A stretch of 64,000 bases of DNA from a bacterium (GCA_021786295.1 JAJYNO010000025.1:3206-67205); one strand, 5' to 3'; shown: positions 17,064 to 27,169, counted from the first letter of the stretch. Made by a program: numbers and translations. Notes: generated from the sequence alone by a model not told the origin.

Positions 17064-18515
17064 ATGAAAAGAGCGCCTTTTTACAGCGGTATTATCCTTT
17101 TGTCCGCCCTGTTCCTGGCGGCTTCCGCCGGGCCGGCTTCCGCCGTGGTCCCGCTGAAGATAAACTTCCAGGGACGCCTGGACGAGAGCGGCCAGCCCGT
17201 GGACGCGACGAAGACGTTCGTCTTCAGGATATACGACGCGCTCACCGGGGGCACGCCGCTCTGGGTGAGCCAGTCCCAGCCCATAGCGGTCTCTAAGGGC
17301 GTCTTCAGCGCGGAACTCGCGGCAGGGTACCTTTCCGACCTTTCCACGCCCTCCGACATCTCCACCGCCACCTTCTCCGGGGCGCGCTACGTCGAGATAG
17401 TGGTGGACGGACAGACCCTCTCGCCGCGTCAGGAGATAGTGTCGGCGCCCTATGCGCTGGTGGCCCAGTCCCTCTCTCCGGACGCCCAGCTGCCGGCCTC
17501 CAGCATAGCCGACGGCTCGGTCACCGACGTCAAGGTGACTCTCAGCACCGCGGCCATCAGCTCCGGCAAGTTCTCCGACGACCGCGTGACCATCACCACC
17601 GGCGCCTTTAACGGCGGTTTCAACGCCGCCGACAAGCTGGTTCAGCTGCAGAGCAATGGCTATCTTCCGGCGCTTAACGGCTCCCAGCTATACAACGTCT
17701 CGGTGACCACGGCCGGTCTTTCCGGCACCATCACGGACGCGTCCGTGCAGCTCAGCACCGGGGCCATCACCTCCGGCAGGTTCTCCGACGACCGCGTGGC
17801 CATCACCACCGGCGCCGTAGCCGGCGGCTTCAACGGCGCGTACCAGCTGGTGCAGCTGGACGCCTCTGATAAGCTCCCGGCCTTAGACGGCTCCCGGCTA
17901 TACAACGTCTCGGTGACCACGGCCGGTCTTTCCGGCACCATCACGGACGCGTCCGTGCAGCTCAGCACCGGGGCCATCATCTCCGGCAGGTTCGGCGACG
18001 ACCGGGTCTCCATAACCACTGCCGCGGTCGCCTCCGGCAAGTTCTCCGACGACCGGGTGCTGATAACCACCGGGGCCTTCACCGGCGGCTTCAACGGCGC
18101 GGACCAGCTGGCGCGCCTCAACAGCGCCGGCAACCTGGCCATAAGCGGGGGCCTCTGGGCCGCCAGCCTGCAGGTCTCCGGGGCGCTGACCGCCGGGGGG
18201 GGCCTGACCCTGCCGGTGACGATAGTTACATCGACCTATACCGCCACCGCCAACGACGTCACCTTGATAATCAACTCGGCCGCCAGCGGGGCTATCACAG
18301 TAGAATTGCCTTCCGCCGTGGGCATAGCCGGCCGGATCTATATCGTAAAATGCGAGAATACCAACGGGGCGGCATACGATTATGTAGCTCCTTACGGTAG
18401 CGAAACCATAGACGCCGGAAGCTACGATGCTTCTAATCCCTACCCCATGATGGCCCCTAATTCCCTCGTCCTGCAGAGTGACGGGGCTAACTGGATCATA
18501 GTTACATATATCTAG
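17064..18515 (+). CDS. Secreted tail-fibre-like/adhesin protein with internal repeats
   Basis: Start after GGAGA; signal peptide; INFQGRL...PRQEIVSAPYA N-domain; repeated SG(K/R)FSDDRV / GGFNGA units; C-terminal ITVELPSA..GRIYIVK..TID..LQSDGANWII domain. Confidence 0.72.
   Translation: MKRAPFYSGIILLSALFLAASAGPASAVVPLKINFQGRLDESGQPVDATKTFVFRIYDALTGGTPLWVSQSQPIAVSKGVFSAELAAGYLSDLSTPSDISTATFSGARYVEIVVDGQTLSPRQEIVSAPYALVAQSLSPDAQLPASSIADGSVTDVKVTLSTAAISSGKFSDDRVTITTGAFNGGFNAADKLVQLQSNGYLPALNGSQLYNVSVTTAGLSGTITDASVQLSTGAITSGRFSDDRVAITTGAVAGGFNGAYQLVQLDASDKLPALDGSRLYNVSVTTAGLSGTITDASVQLSTGAIISGRFGDDRVSITTAAVASGKFSDDRVLITTGAFTGGFNGADQLARLNSAGNLAISGGLWAASLQVSGALTAGGGLTLPVTIVTSTYTATANDVTLIINSAASGAITVELPSAVGIAGRIYIVKCENTNGAAYDYVAPYGSETIDAGSYDASNPYPMMAPNSLVLQSDGANWIIVTYI
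17687..17979 (+). repeat. Intragenic tandem duplication, 210-bp (70 aa) period with an 83-bp identical core
   Basis: 17687-17769 is identical to 17897-17979. Confidence 0.9.
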
Positions 18516-18689
18516 CGGTCTAGATCTGTGCACGGTGGATCTTTTTCCGCGCTGTTCCCCGCGTTGTCGCTGAGGGTGAGCAGCGCGGCCGGGACACGCG
18601 GCACCCTTTATTTATATAATTAATCCTCCGCGCGCCCTGCGAGGCGTCGGGTTGTGTTCTTTGGTCATAACTTATCCCAGGGGAGTTCC

Positions 18690-21600
18690 ATGTACCTCAA
18701 AGCGCTTGAAATCTACGGTTTTAAATCCTTCGCGAACAAAACCAAAATGCCGCTGAAGCCCGGCATCACCTGCATAGTTGGCCCCAACGGCTGCGGCAAG
18801 TCCAACGTGGTGGACTCGATAAAGTGGTGCATAGGCGAGATGAGCTGGAAGTCGCTGCGCATGCCGTCGATGATGGACGTGATCTTCGCCGGCACCACGA
18901 AGCGCCAGCAGCTCAATATGGGCGAGGTCTCGATGACGTTCGACAACGGCAGCCGCAAGCTGCCGCTCGACTTCAGCGAGGTCACCGTCACCCGCAAGAT
19001 CTACCGCTCCGAGGAGTCGGAGTACTTTATCAACAAGGTGCAGTGCCGCCTGCGCGACATCCGCGAGATGTTCCTGGACACCGGCATAGGCACGGACGGC
19101 TACGCGATCATAGACCAGGGAGAGGTGGAGACCGTGCTGTCGGCCTCCGCCGAGCAGCGCCGCGAACTGTTCGAGGAGGCGGCCGGCGTCAGCAAATACA
19201 AGGCCAAGCGAGAGGAGGCCGCCCGCAAGCTGGAAAAGGTCCAGGCGGACCTGGACCGCCTGGCCGACAGCATGGTGCTGCTGGACGAGCAGATCAAGAA
19301 GCTGGACAAGGAGGCGGCCAAGGCCCGCCTGCAGGCCAAGTACAAGGACGAACTGACCGGCGCCGAGGTGGTGCTGCTGCTCAGGGACAGCGAAGCTTTC
19401 GCCGCCAGGAGCGCCGAGGCGGCCGCCAAGCTGGAACCCGTTAAGAAGGAGCTGGAGGAGATAACCGTCAGCATCAGCGGCCTGGAGGGCGAGATAGCCG
19501 CCCTGAACCTGACGCTGACCCAGAAGACCGAGGAGCAGCGCGTGCTCAAGGAGGCCATCAGCACCGTCAAGACGGACAAGGTGCAGGCCGAGGGCCGCAT
19601 AGTCTCCGGAGGGGAGATACTGGCCGAGATAGCCAAGCAGCGCTCGCAGCTGGAGGTGTCGGAAAGGCGCAACGCCGAGAAGCTGGCCTCCACCGAGCCC
19701 CGCATAGCCGAGCTGCGCGCCAGGCTCTCATCCGACGAGGGAGGCCTGCCGGCCCTGCAGGCCGAGTGCGACGCGGCCGCGGCCTCGCTGGCGGAGGTCA
19801 GCTCGCAGATGCAGGCCGCAGACGAGGCGGCCGACGCGCTGGTCCGCGAGATGAACGAGGTCTATTCCCGCGAGGTGGAAATTTCCAGCAGGATAGCCGT
19901 GACCGGTTCCAACATCGGCCATTACAACGAGGCCAGGGCGGGCCTGGAGAAGGACATGCAGGACCTGTCCGCGGCTGTCTCCGCGATGGAGGGGCGCCTG
20001 GCGGAGCTTAAGGCCCGCTCCGCGTCGCTCAGCTCCGAGCTGGCCGCCGAGAACGAGAAGGCCGCCGCGGCCGGGGCGCAGGCCGGGACACTTTCCGCCC
20101 GCCTGGACGAGATAGACGGCCGCCAGGCGGAGATACGCGAGAAGAAGGCCTGGGACCAGAGCCGCCTGGAGGCCCTGTTGGCCCAGGGAGAGCACGATTC
20201 CTACTGGGTAGGCATAAACAACGTGCTCAATTCCGGCGCGGCCGGCGTAAAAGGCACGCTGCGCCACCTGCTTTCCGTGCGCAAAGAGGACCGCGTGGCC
20301 GTGGACGAGGCGCTGGGCCGCTTCCTGGACTCCGTGGTCTGCGAGAGTTCCTCCGCGGCCGAGGACTCCGTCAGCTACCTCAGGCACATAGGCAAGGGCC
20401 GCTGCCGTTTCCTGATCCTGGACAGGGTGCCGCCGGCTCCGCAGCAGCAGGACGGCTGGAACGCCCCCGGCGCGCAGAAGGTGCTGGACAAGATCTCCTG
20501 CGATCCGCAGTATCTGCCGCTGGTGGCCGGCCTGCTGTCCGGAGTTTACGCCTCCGGCGGGGCCGTGCACGGACCCTTCTGGATGACCGGCGGCGCCGAC
20601 GAGGTTGTCTCCAACGAGCCCTACTGGGAGGAGGCCGACGACCTGAAGGAGCAGCTGAAGAAGCTGGACGAGGAGAACGCGGCGCTGGAGGCCGAGAAGG
20701 CCGGACTGCGGCCGCAGCTGGAAGCCGCCCGCTCGGCCGCCGCCGCCGCCGCGGAGAAGGCCGCCGCTCTCAACATAGACTTCCACAAGAACGAGACGGA
20801 GGCCGCCGGCGCGGAAGGGGACCTGAAGCTTAAGAAGGACGGCCTGGCGCTGACCGCCTCGGAGAAGGAGAAAGCCGAGGCCTCCATTGCTCAGGCCGAG
20901 GCCGAGTTCGCCTCCCTGCAGGAGGGCAAGGCCGCCGCTACTGCTGCCGTGGACGCCAAGAGGGCCGAGCAGGGCGCGCTGGGCGAGAAGAAGGAGGCCC
21001 TGCACCAGGAATTCGCCCACAGGAAGGAGGAACTGGGCGCCCGCAAGGCCAACCTGGACAATTACCGCCAGAACCTTGAGGCCCTGAAGGCGGAACTCTC
21101 GCGGGCGGAGGGCGACCTGGCCGCGCTGACCGAGGAACGGTCCCATTTCGAGGGGCGCCGCGCCGAGCTGGCCGAGCGCGAGGAGCGCTACACCAGGGAG
21201 ATAGCGGCGGCCAAGACCCGCCAGGCGGAGCTGATGCACGACCTGGCCGAGAAGGAGATCATAGACCGGGCCATGGAGGACGAGCTGAACGCCATGCGCG
21301 GGGACCTGTCCAGGCTGAGCGCCAACCTCTCGGACAGCCGGGCGCTGTCCGCCGAGAACGAGAGGACGCGCTACCAGATAGAGACCGAGCTGGCCACGAT
21401 AGCCGCCCGCGCCGAGGAGACCGCCAAGCGCATGAGCGAGGAATGGAACGTGACCCCGGCCGAGGCCCGCGAGCGCTACGCCGGCGTGCAGGCCGACCCG
21501 GAGCGAGTGCAGTTCCTGCGCCGCCGCATCCAGGAGATGGGCAACGTCAACATGACCGCGCCCGAGGAGTACGAGGCGCTGACGCAGCGCTATAACTTCA

Positions 21601-22178
21601 TGAACTCGCAGGTGGAGGACCTCAACCGCGCGAAGGCCGACCTGCGCTCGGCGATCAACAAGATCAACGACACTACGCGAGAGAACTTCAAGGCGACGTT
21701 CGACAAGGTGCGCGGCTACTTCAAGGAGATCTACGCGCTGCTGTTCAACGGCGGGGAGGCCGACCTTATCCTGACGATGCCCGACAACCTGCTGGAGACC
21801 GGCGTCGAGATCATGGCGCACCCGCCCGGCAAGAAGCTCGTCAGCATCTCGCAGCTCTCCGGCGGCGAGAAGGCGCTGACCGCGCTGTCGCTCTTGTTCA
21901 GCTTCTTCCGCGTGAACCCGTCCCCGTTCTGCATCATGGACGAGGCCGACGCCCCGCTGGACGAGGCCAACGTGGAGCGCTTCGTGCGGCTGATCAAGGA
22001 GTTCGCGGGCACGACGCAGTTCATCGTGATCACGCACAACAAGCGCACGATGGAGGCCGCCGACACGCTCTACGGGGTCACGATGGAGGAGCTCGGGGTC
22101 AGCAAGCTGATAGGCGTGGACCTGAAGCGGGCGGCGGACATGGCCGCCAACGAACCGCAGCCGGCGGGGGTGAACTGA
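18690..22178 (+). CDS. smc: Chromosome segregation protein SMC
   Basis: MYLKALEIYGFKSFA, GPNGCGKSN, coiled coils, hinge, LSGGEK, DEADAPLD, ITH. Confidence 0.96.
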   Translation: MYLKALEIYGFKSFANKTKMPLKPGITCIVGPNGCGKSNVVDSIKWCIGEMSWKSLRMPSMMDVIFAGTTKRQQLNMGEVSMTFDNGSRKLPLDFSEVTVTRKIYRSEESEYFINKVQCRLRDIREMFLDTGIGTDGYAIIDQGEVETVLSASAEQRRELFEEAAGVSKYKAKREEAARKLEKVQADLDRLADSMVLLDEQIKKLDKEAAKARLQAKYKDELTGAEVVLLLRDSEAFAARSAEAAAKLEPVKKELEEITVSISGLEGEIAALNLTLTQKTEEQRVLKEAISTVKTDKVQAEGRIVSGGEILAEIAKQRSQLEVSERRNAEKLASTEPRIAELRARLSSDEGGLPALQAECDAAAASLAEVSSQMQAADEAADALVREMNEVYSREVEISSRIAVTGSNIGHYNEARAGLEKDMQDLSAAVSAMEGRLAELKARSASLSSELAAENEKAAAAGAQAGTLSARLDEIDGRQAEIREKKAWDQSRLEALLAQGEHDSYWVGINNVLNSGAAGVKGTLRHLLSVRKEDRVAVDEALGRFLDSVVCESSSAAEDSVSYLRHIGKGRCRFLILDRVPPAPQQQDGWNAPGAQKVLDKISCDPQYLPLVAGLLSGVYASGGAVHGPFWMTGGADEVVSNEPYWEEADDLKEQLKKLDEENAALEAEKAGLRPQLEAARSAAAAAAEKAAALNIDFHKNETEAAGAEGDLKLKKDGLALTASEKEKAEASIAQAEAEFASLQEGKAAATAAVDAKRAEQGALGEKKEALHQEFAHRKEELGARKANLDNYRQNLEALKAELSRAEGDLAALTEERSHFEGRRAELAEREERYTREIAAAKTRQAELMHDLAEKEIIDRAMEDELNAMRGDLSRLSANLSDSRALSAENERTRYQIETELATIAARAEETAKRMSEEWNVTPAEARERYAGVQADPERVQFLRRRIQEMGNVNMTAPEEYEALTQRYNFMNSQVEDLNRAKADLRSAINKINDTTRENFKATFDKVRGYFKEIYALLFNGGEADLILTMPDNLLETGVEIMAHPPGKKLVSISQLSGGEKALTALSLLFSFFRVNPSPFCIMDEADAPLDEANVERFVRLIKEFAGTTQFIVITHNKRTMEAADTLYGVTMEELGVSKLIGVDLKRAADMAANEPQPAGVN

Positions 22179-22185
22179 GGGCGCG

Positions 22186-22917
22186 ATGAGGTACGGCGTC
22201 TTTTCCGACGTGCACGGCAATTACGTGGCCCTTAAGGCCGTGCTGGAGTTCCTGCGGAAGAACGGCGTGAAGGACTTCCTGTGCTGCGGCGATATCGTGG
22301 GCTACGGACCTCAGCCGCTGGAATGCGCTGAGGAGCTCATGTCCCTGCCGGGGCTGACCGCGGTGCTGGGCAACCACGACGCCGCGGCGGTAGGCAGGAT
22401 GGATATCAAGTGGTTCAACGCCAACGCGGCCTGGGCCATAGATTTCGCCAGGAGGCGGCTCACCGGCCGGGCCCTGGACTTCATAGCGGGACTGCCGGAG
22501 CGGGCGGAGAACGCCGATTTTACCATGGTGCACGGCTCGCCGCGCAAGCCGCTGACGGAATACCTGCTCAGCGAGGGCCAGTTCTCCGACAACTTCGGCG
22601 GCTGGACGGTCTCGCCCTGCTTCATCGGCCACAGCCATATGCCGCTTTTCTTCCGCGAGGGCGAGCGCGGCGTGCCGGAGACGGATTTTCTGAAGCCGGC
22701 GGTCAAGCTGCGCGTGAAGGGCCGGTTCATGATCAATCCCGGCTCCGTGGGGCAGCCGCGCGACGGCGACCCCCGCGCCTCCTGCGGCGTCTACGACGCC
22801 GCGTCGGGGACCTTCGAGCTTTACAGGGTGTTCTACGACGTGGAAGCGGTGCAGCAGAGGATGGAGGAGCTCAGGATGCCGGCGCTGCTGGCGGAGAGGC
22901 TCAGTTTCGGATTCTAG
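22186..22917 (+). CDS. Metallophosphoesterase (YfcE/MJ0912-like)
   Basis: SDVHGN, GDIVGYG, GNHD, HGSP, GHSH, NPGSVGQPRD. Confidence 0.92.
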   Translation: MRYGVFSDVHGNYVALKAVLEFLRKNGVKDFLCCGDIVGYGPQPLECAEELMSLPGLTAVLGNHDAAAVGRMDIKWFNANAAWAIDFARRRLTGRALDFIAGLPERAENADFTMVHGSPRKPLTEYLLSEGQFSDNFGGWTVSPCFIGHSHMPLFFREGERGVPETDFLKPAVKLRVKGRFMINPGSVGQPRDGDPRASCGVYDAASGTFELYRVFYDVEAVQQRMEELRMPALLAERLSFGF

Positions 22918-22951
22918 GAGCGGCGGAAAGCCCGGCCGGGGAACTATTGCT

Positions 22952-23347
22952 ATGGACATACTTATAGTGGACGACGACAAGAATTTCATCGAGACGCTTG
23001 AGGACGGCCTGAAACTTAAGAACGTCGAGGCCGGGGTCAGGGTGGCCAAGAGCGCCCGGGAGGCCCTGGACGCGCTGGCGGCCGCGGTCCCCTCCGTCAT
23101 CATCCTCGACATACAGCTGCCGGACATGCACGGCGTGGAGTTCCTGCGGCTGATACGGGAGTCAGAGCGGCTCAGGAAAGTGCCTGTGGTCTTCATCTCC
23201 GCCAAATACACTGAACCGGCCGACCGCTCCGAGGCCATGCTGGCCGGCGCCGGGGCCTTCTTCTCCAAGCCGATAGACATCGACGAGCTCTGGAAGGAGC
23301 TGCGCTACCTGCTGGGCCGCTCCGGCGGCCTTGACAATAAAAAGTAA
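22952..23347 (+). CDS. Single-domain response regulator
   Basis: ILIVDDD, LDIQLPDMHG, ISA, KP. Confidence 0.92.
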   Translation: MDILIVDDDKNFIETLEDGLKLKNVEAGVRVAKSAREALDALAAAVPSVIILDIQLPDMHGVEFLRLIRESERLRKVPVVFISAKYTEPADRSEAMLAGAGAFFSKPIDIDELWKELRYLLGRSGGLDNKK

Positions 23348-23359
23348 GTCTTATACCAT
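23331..23359 (+). promoter_or_regulatory. Sigma70-type promoter of trxA
   Basis: TTGACA-17 nt-TACCAT. Confidence 0.75.
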
Positions 23360-23410
23360 TACTTATCTTCCCCGGATTTTCAGAAATATACCAATAAAGC
23401 GAGGCAACCT

Positions 23411-23734
23411 ATGTCCAACGAAGTAGAGCTCACCGACGCGACTTTCGACAAGGAAGTGCTGAACAGCCCCATCCCGGTGCTGGTGGATTTCTGGGCGCCC
23501 TGGTGCGGCCCCTGCCGCATGCTCGGCCCCGTCATAGACGAACTGGCCAAGGAGTACGCCGGCAAGGTGAAGGTCTGCAAACTCAACACCGACGAGTCCC
23601 AGGACACCGCCGGCAAGTACCAGATCTCGGCCATCCCCACCATCCTGATGTTCAAGGGCGGCAAGCTGTCCCAGCAGCTGGTGGGCCTGCAGCCCAAGGA
23701 AGAGCTGAAGCGGCACCTGGACGAGCTCCTGTAG
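23411..23734 (+). CDS. trxA: Thioredoxin
   Basis: DFWAPWCGPC, IPT. Confidence 0.97.
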   Translation: MSNEVELTDATFDKEVLNSPIPVLVDFWAPWCGPCRMLGPVIDELAKEYAGKVKVCKLNTDESQDTAGKYQISAIPTILMFKGGKLSQQLVGLQPKEELKRHLDELL

Positions 23735-23862
23735 CCGTAAAAGCCGGGGCGCCGCGGACGCGCCCGGGCCCATGGGCCCCTCTTCCGCGGCGGCCGGCCC
23801 GCTTTTCCGCTTTGCCGGGCTTTCCCGCCAGTTTCTCCAGCGGTTCCTCAAAAGACCAATAG

Positions 23863-26430
23863 ATGCCTCCACGCGTTTTCATAGTAGACGCACACGCCTT
23901 CCTGCACAGGAGCTACCACGCCCTGCCAAAGCTCTCCACCTCGAAGGGGGAGGAGGTAGGGGCGCTTTTCGGCTTCATGCGCCTGCTGCTGAAGATACTG
24001 CGGGAGCGGCGGCCGGAGTATATGGCGGTCTGCTTCGACTCGAAAGGCGGCACGTTCAGGGACGAGCTTTACTCCGAGTACAAGGCCAACCGCGCGGAGA
24101 CCGACCCCGGGCTGGTCTCCCAGCTGCGGACCGCCCGCGAGCTGGTGAAGGCGCTGGGGCTGAAAGGGCTTTACGCCGAGGGCTTCGAGGCCGACGATAT
24201 AATAGCCACCGTGGCCCGCAGGGCCGCGAGGGCCGGGCTGGAGGCCGTGATAGTCTCTGGCGACAAGGACGCGGCCCAGCTGGTGGGCGGCGGGGTCAGC
24301 CTGTGGGACGGCAGCTCGGCCGAGTTCTCGGGACCGGAGACCGTGGAAAAGAAGTACGGCGTGCCGCCGGACCTGCTGCCCGACTATTTCGCGCTGCTCG
24401 GCGACGCCTCCGACAACGTGCCCGGAGTGGCCGGGGTGGGCGAGAAGAGCGCCGCCAGGCTCGTGAGCGCCTACGGTCCGCTTGAGAAGATACTGGCCGC
24501 GGCGATGGACCCGGAGCGGGTCAAGGCGGACAAACTGCTCGCCAAGGTGGCCGGGGACATGGAGAACGCGCGGCTTTCCCGGCGGCTGGTGGCCCTGGAC
24601 AAGGACGCCCCGGTGGAGGAAGGTCTGGATATGCTGAAGCCGGCCGTTCCGGGCGGGCCGGAGCTGGAGGAGATGGCGCGGCGGCTGGAGTTCAAGGAGC
24701 TGCTGGAACTGGCAGGCAAGGCGCCTGCCGCGGCCAGGCAGGCGGAATTGCCGCCGCTGAAGGCTCCGGATGAGGTGCTGGGCACCCAGCCGGAGGGGCT
24801 TTCCTTCGCCGCTTTCGCGGACGGCCTCGGCGCCGGCTCCCTCAAAGGGGCCTGCGTGCTGCGTCCGGGTTCTTTCTCCCCCGCGGAGGGGGGAGCCGCG
24901 GCCGCCCTGCTCTCCGACGGGCGGCGCAAGACCGTCTACGGGCTGAAACAGACGCTGCGCCTGCTGGACCTGCCAGCCGGCTTCCTGCCCGAGAACTGCT
25001 TCGACGCGGAACTGGCGGCCGGCCTGCTGGCCGCCGGCGCGCGCAGGACCGCCCTGCCGCAGCTGCTCTTCGAACGGCTGGGCCTGCCGCTGCAGCCGCC
25101 AGGTTCGGACGAGGAGAAGGCCCAGGCCTGCGCGGCGCTGCCCGAACTGGCCGCGGAGCTGGAAGCCGGGCTGGAGAAGGCCGGCATGAAGGGTGTTTAC
25201 GGGGAACTGGAACTGCCCCTGGCGCCGGCCGTGTACGCCATGGAGCGCACCGGGGCGGCCGTTGACGCGGCGCTGCTGGGCGAGCTGTCCGCGCGCTTCG
25301 AGGGGGAGATGGCCGCTCTGCAGGCGAAGGCGGAGGAGCTCTCCGGGACGCGGATAAATCTCAACTCGCCCAAGCAGGTCGCCTTCCTGCTCTACGAGAA
25401 GCTGAACCTGGGCCTGGGCGAGGCGCAGAAGAGGCAGTTCAGGACCAAGGACGGGTATTCCACCGGGGAGGAGGCTCTGAACTATCTCCGGGCCGCGCAC
25501 CCGGTGGTGCCGGTCATCATGGAATTCCGCGAGGTCTCCAAGCTCAAGTCCTCGTTCGTGGACAACCTGCTGGCGGCCGTCGGCCCCGACGGGCGTTTGC
25601 ACACCACCTTCGACCAGCTGGGGGCCGCCACCGGGCGTTTCTCCAGCTCGAAACCCAACCTGCAGAACATCCCGGTGCGCTCCGAGGCCGGGCTGCTGGT
25701 GCGCAAGTGCTTCACGGCGCGGGAGGGCTTTAAACTGCTCTCGGCTGACTACTCCCAGATAGACCTGCGCGTGCTGGCCCATCTCTCCGGAGACGGGAAC
25801 CTGACGGAGGCCTTCAGGAACGGCGAGGACGTGCACCTGCGTACGGCCGCCGAAGTCTTCCGCTGCGCGCCGCAGCTGGTGACCCCCGAGATGCGCCGCG
25901 CGGCGAAGGCGATAAATTTCGGCATAGTCTACGGCAAAACCGCGCAGGGCCTGTCCCAGGACCTGGGCATCAGCCGCGCCGAGGCGGCCAATTACATAAA
26001 ACACTATTTCGAGGCCTGCCCGGGCGTGAAGGACTGGAGCGAGCGTACCGTGGCCGAGGCCAGGAAGAACGGCTGGGTGTCCACTTTCACCGGCCGCCGC
26101 CGCGCCCTGCCCGAACTTACGGCCTCCAACCAGCACCTGCGCGGCTTCGCCGAGCGCGCCGCGGTCAACACCCCGGTACAGGGCGGGTCCTCCGACGTCA
26201 TCAAGAAGGCGATGGTGGGCCTTTTCCGCGGACTCCGCGGCTCCGGCGACGTCCTCATGCTGCTGCAGGTGCACGACGAGCTGGTCTTCGAGGTGCGCGA
26301 AGGAGAGCTGAAGGAGGCCGCCGCCGCCATCAAGAGGCAAATGGAAGGCGCTTACGAGCTGGCCGTTCCGCTGGTCGTGGAGATGAAGGCCGGCCCCAAC
26401 TGGCGCGACATGGAGAAATATGAGGCTTGA
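23863..26430 (+). CDS. polA: DNA polymerase I (degenerate 3'-5' exonuclease region)
   Basis: 5'-3' exonuclease motifs (YKANR, EADD, GDKD, GDASDNVPGV); polymerase motifs (ATGRFSS, DYSQIDLR, AKAINFGIVYG, LQVHDEL). Confidence 0.96.
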   Translation: MPPRVFIVDAHAFLHRSYHALPKLSTSKGEEVGALFGFMRLLLKILRERRPEYMAVCFDSKGGTFRDELYSEYKANRAETDPGLVSQLRTARELVKALGLKGLYAEGFEADDIIATVARRAARAGLEAVIVSGDKDAAQLVGGGVSLWDGSSAEFSGPETVEKKYGVPPDLLPDYFALLGDASDNVPGVAGVGEKSAARLVSAYGPLEKILAAAMDPERVKADKLLAKVAGDMENARLSRRLVALDKDAPVEEGLDMLKPAVPGGPELEEMARRLEFKELLELAGKAPAAARQAELPPLKAPDEVLGTQPEGLSFAAFADGLGAGSLKGACVLRPGSFSPAEGGAAAALLSDGRRKTVYGLKQTLRLLDLPAGFLPENCFDAELAAGLLAAGARRTALPQLLFERLGLPLQPPGSDEEKAQACAALPELAAELEAGLEKAGMKGVYGELELPLAPAVYAMERTGAAVDAALLGELSARFEGEMAALQAKAEELSGTRINLNSPKQVAFLLYEKLNLGLGEAQKRQFRTKDGYSTGEEALNYLRAAHPVVPVIMEFREVSKLKSSFVDNLLAAVGPDGRLHTTFDQLGAATGRFSSSKPNLQNIPVRSEAGLLVRKCFTAREGFKLLSADYSQIDLRVLAHLSGDGNLTEAFRNGEDVHLRTAAEVFRCAPQLVTPEMRRAAKAINFGIVYGKTAQGLSQDLGISRAEAANYIKHYFEACPGVKDWSERTVAEARKNGWVSTFTGRRRALPELTASNQHLRGFAERAAVNTPVQGGSSDVIKKAMVGLFRGLRGSGDVLMLLQVHDELVFEVREGELKEAAAAIKRQMEGAYELAVPLVVEMKAGPNWRDMEKYEA

Positions 26431-27169
26431 CGCGGCCAGGTTCGGGGAACTGCCTCCGGTCACGAAGTGGCTGGCCGTTTCGTTCTTCGCAGGCTGGATG
26501 GCCGAGCTGCTTTTCGGCGGCTGGACCAACTATTACCTCGGTCTGGTGCCGGCCCTGTTCCTGGGCCGGCTCTGGCTCTGGCAGGGGGCGACCTACGTCT
26601 TCATCCACGGAGGCTTCTGGCATTTCCTCTTCAACACCTTCATGCTGTGGATGTTCGGCCGGATAGTCGAGCCTGAGATGGGGTCCCGCAGGTTCCTGGC
26701 CTACTTCTTCGGCTGCGGCTTTGCCGCCGCCCTGCTCACCGGCGCGGTGGACCACGGCTCCTTCGTCCCTGTCATCGGGGCATCCGGGGCCATCTACGGA
26801 CTTCTGGGGGCGTTCGCGTTCATGCACCCGGACGTCACGGTGTACCTCTATTTCGTGCTGCCTGTCAGCGCCAGGATGATGGCCGTCATCTTCGGCGCCA
26901 TGGAGTTCGTCTTCACGCTTTCCCGGCCGGGCTCTGGGATCTCCAATGTCACGCATCTGGGCGGGCTGGCCGCAGGGCTGCTGTGGCTTTGGGCCGAGCG
27001 GCGCTGGCGCGGCCGGCCGGCCAGGGAGGAGCCCGACCCGGAAGTCCTGGAGCGGGAGGAGATAGACCGGCTGCTGGGCAAGATCTCCCGCGGGGGACAG
27101 GGCTCCCTTACCAGCTCCGAGCTGCGGACCCTGGACGACTACGCCAGGCGCAGGGGGGGCAGGGCGTGA
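26420..27169 (+). CDS. Rhomboid intramembrane serine protease
   Basis: HFLFN, GASGAIYG, HLGG, C-terminal IDRLLGKIS..SLT tail. Confidence 0.9.
   Translation: MRLDAARFGELPPVTKWLAVSFFAGWMAELLFGGWTNYYLGLVPALFLGRLWLWQGATYVFIHGGFWHFLFNTFMLWMFGRIVEPEMGSRRFLAYFFGCGFAAALLTGAVDHGSFVPVIGASGAIYGLLGAFAFMHPDVTVYLYFVLPVSARMMAVIFGAMEFVFTLSRPGSGISNVTHLGGLAAGLLWLWAERRWRGRPAREEPDPEVLEREEIDRLLGKISRGGQGSLTSSELRTLDDYARRRGGRA

Noticed and set aside
17064..18515. Prophage or tailocin suggested by the tail-fibre-like gene
   Set aside because: The protein has a Sec signal peptide, and no integrase, capsid, sheath, baseplate or lysis genes are nearby.
18220..18600. Complete diversity-generating retroelement
   Set aside because: No reverse transcriptase and no template repeat in the window; kept only as a testable alternative for the fibre tip.
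18654..18689. Upstream ORF-track starts for smc (also 16938, 26983, 27555, 33629, 39176, 45187, 50076, 57065)
   Set aside because: Downstream starts fit SD position, gene coupling and family N-termini better, and were used instead.
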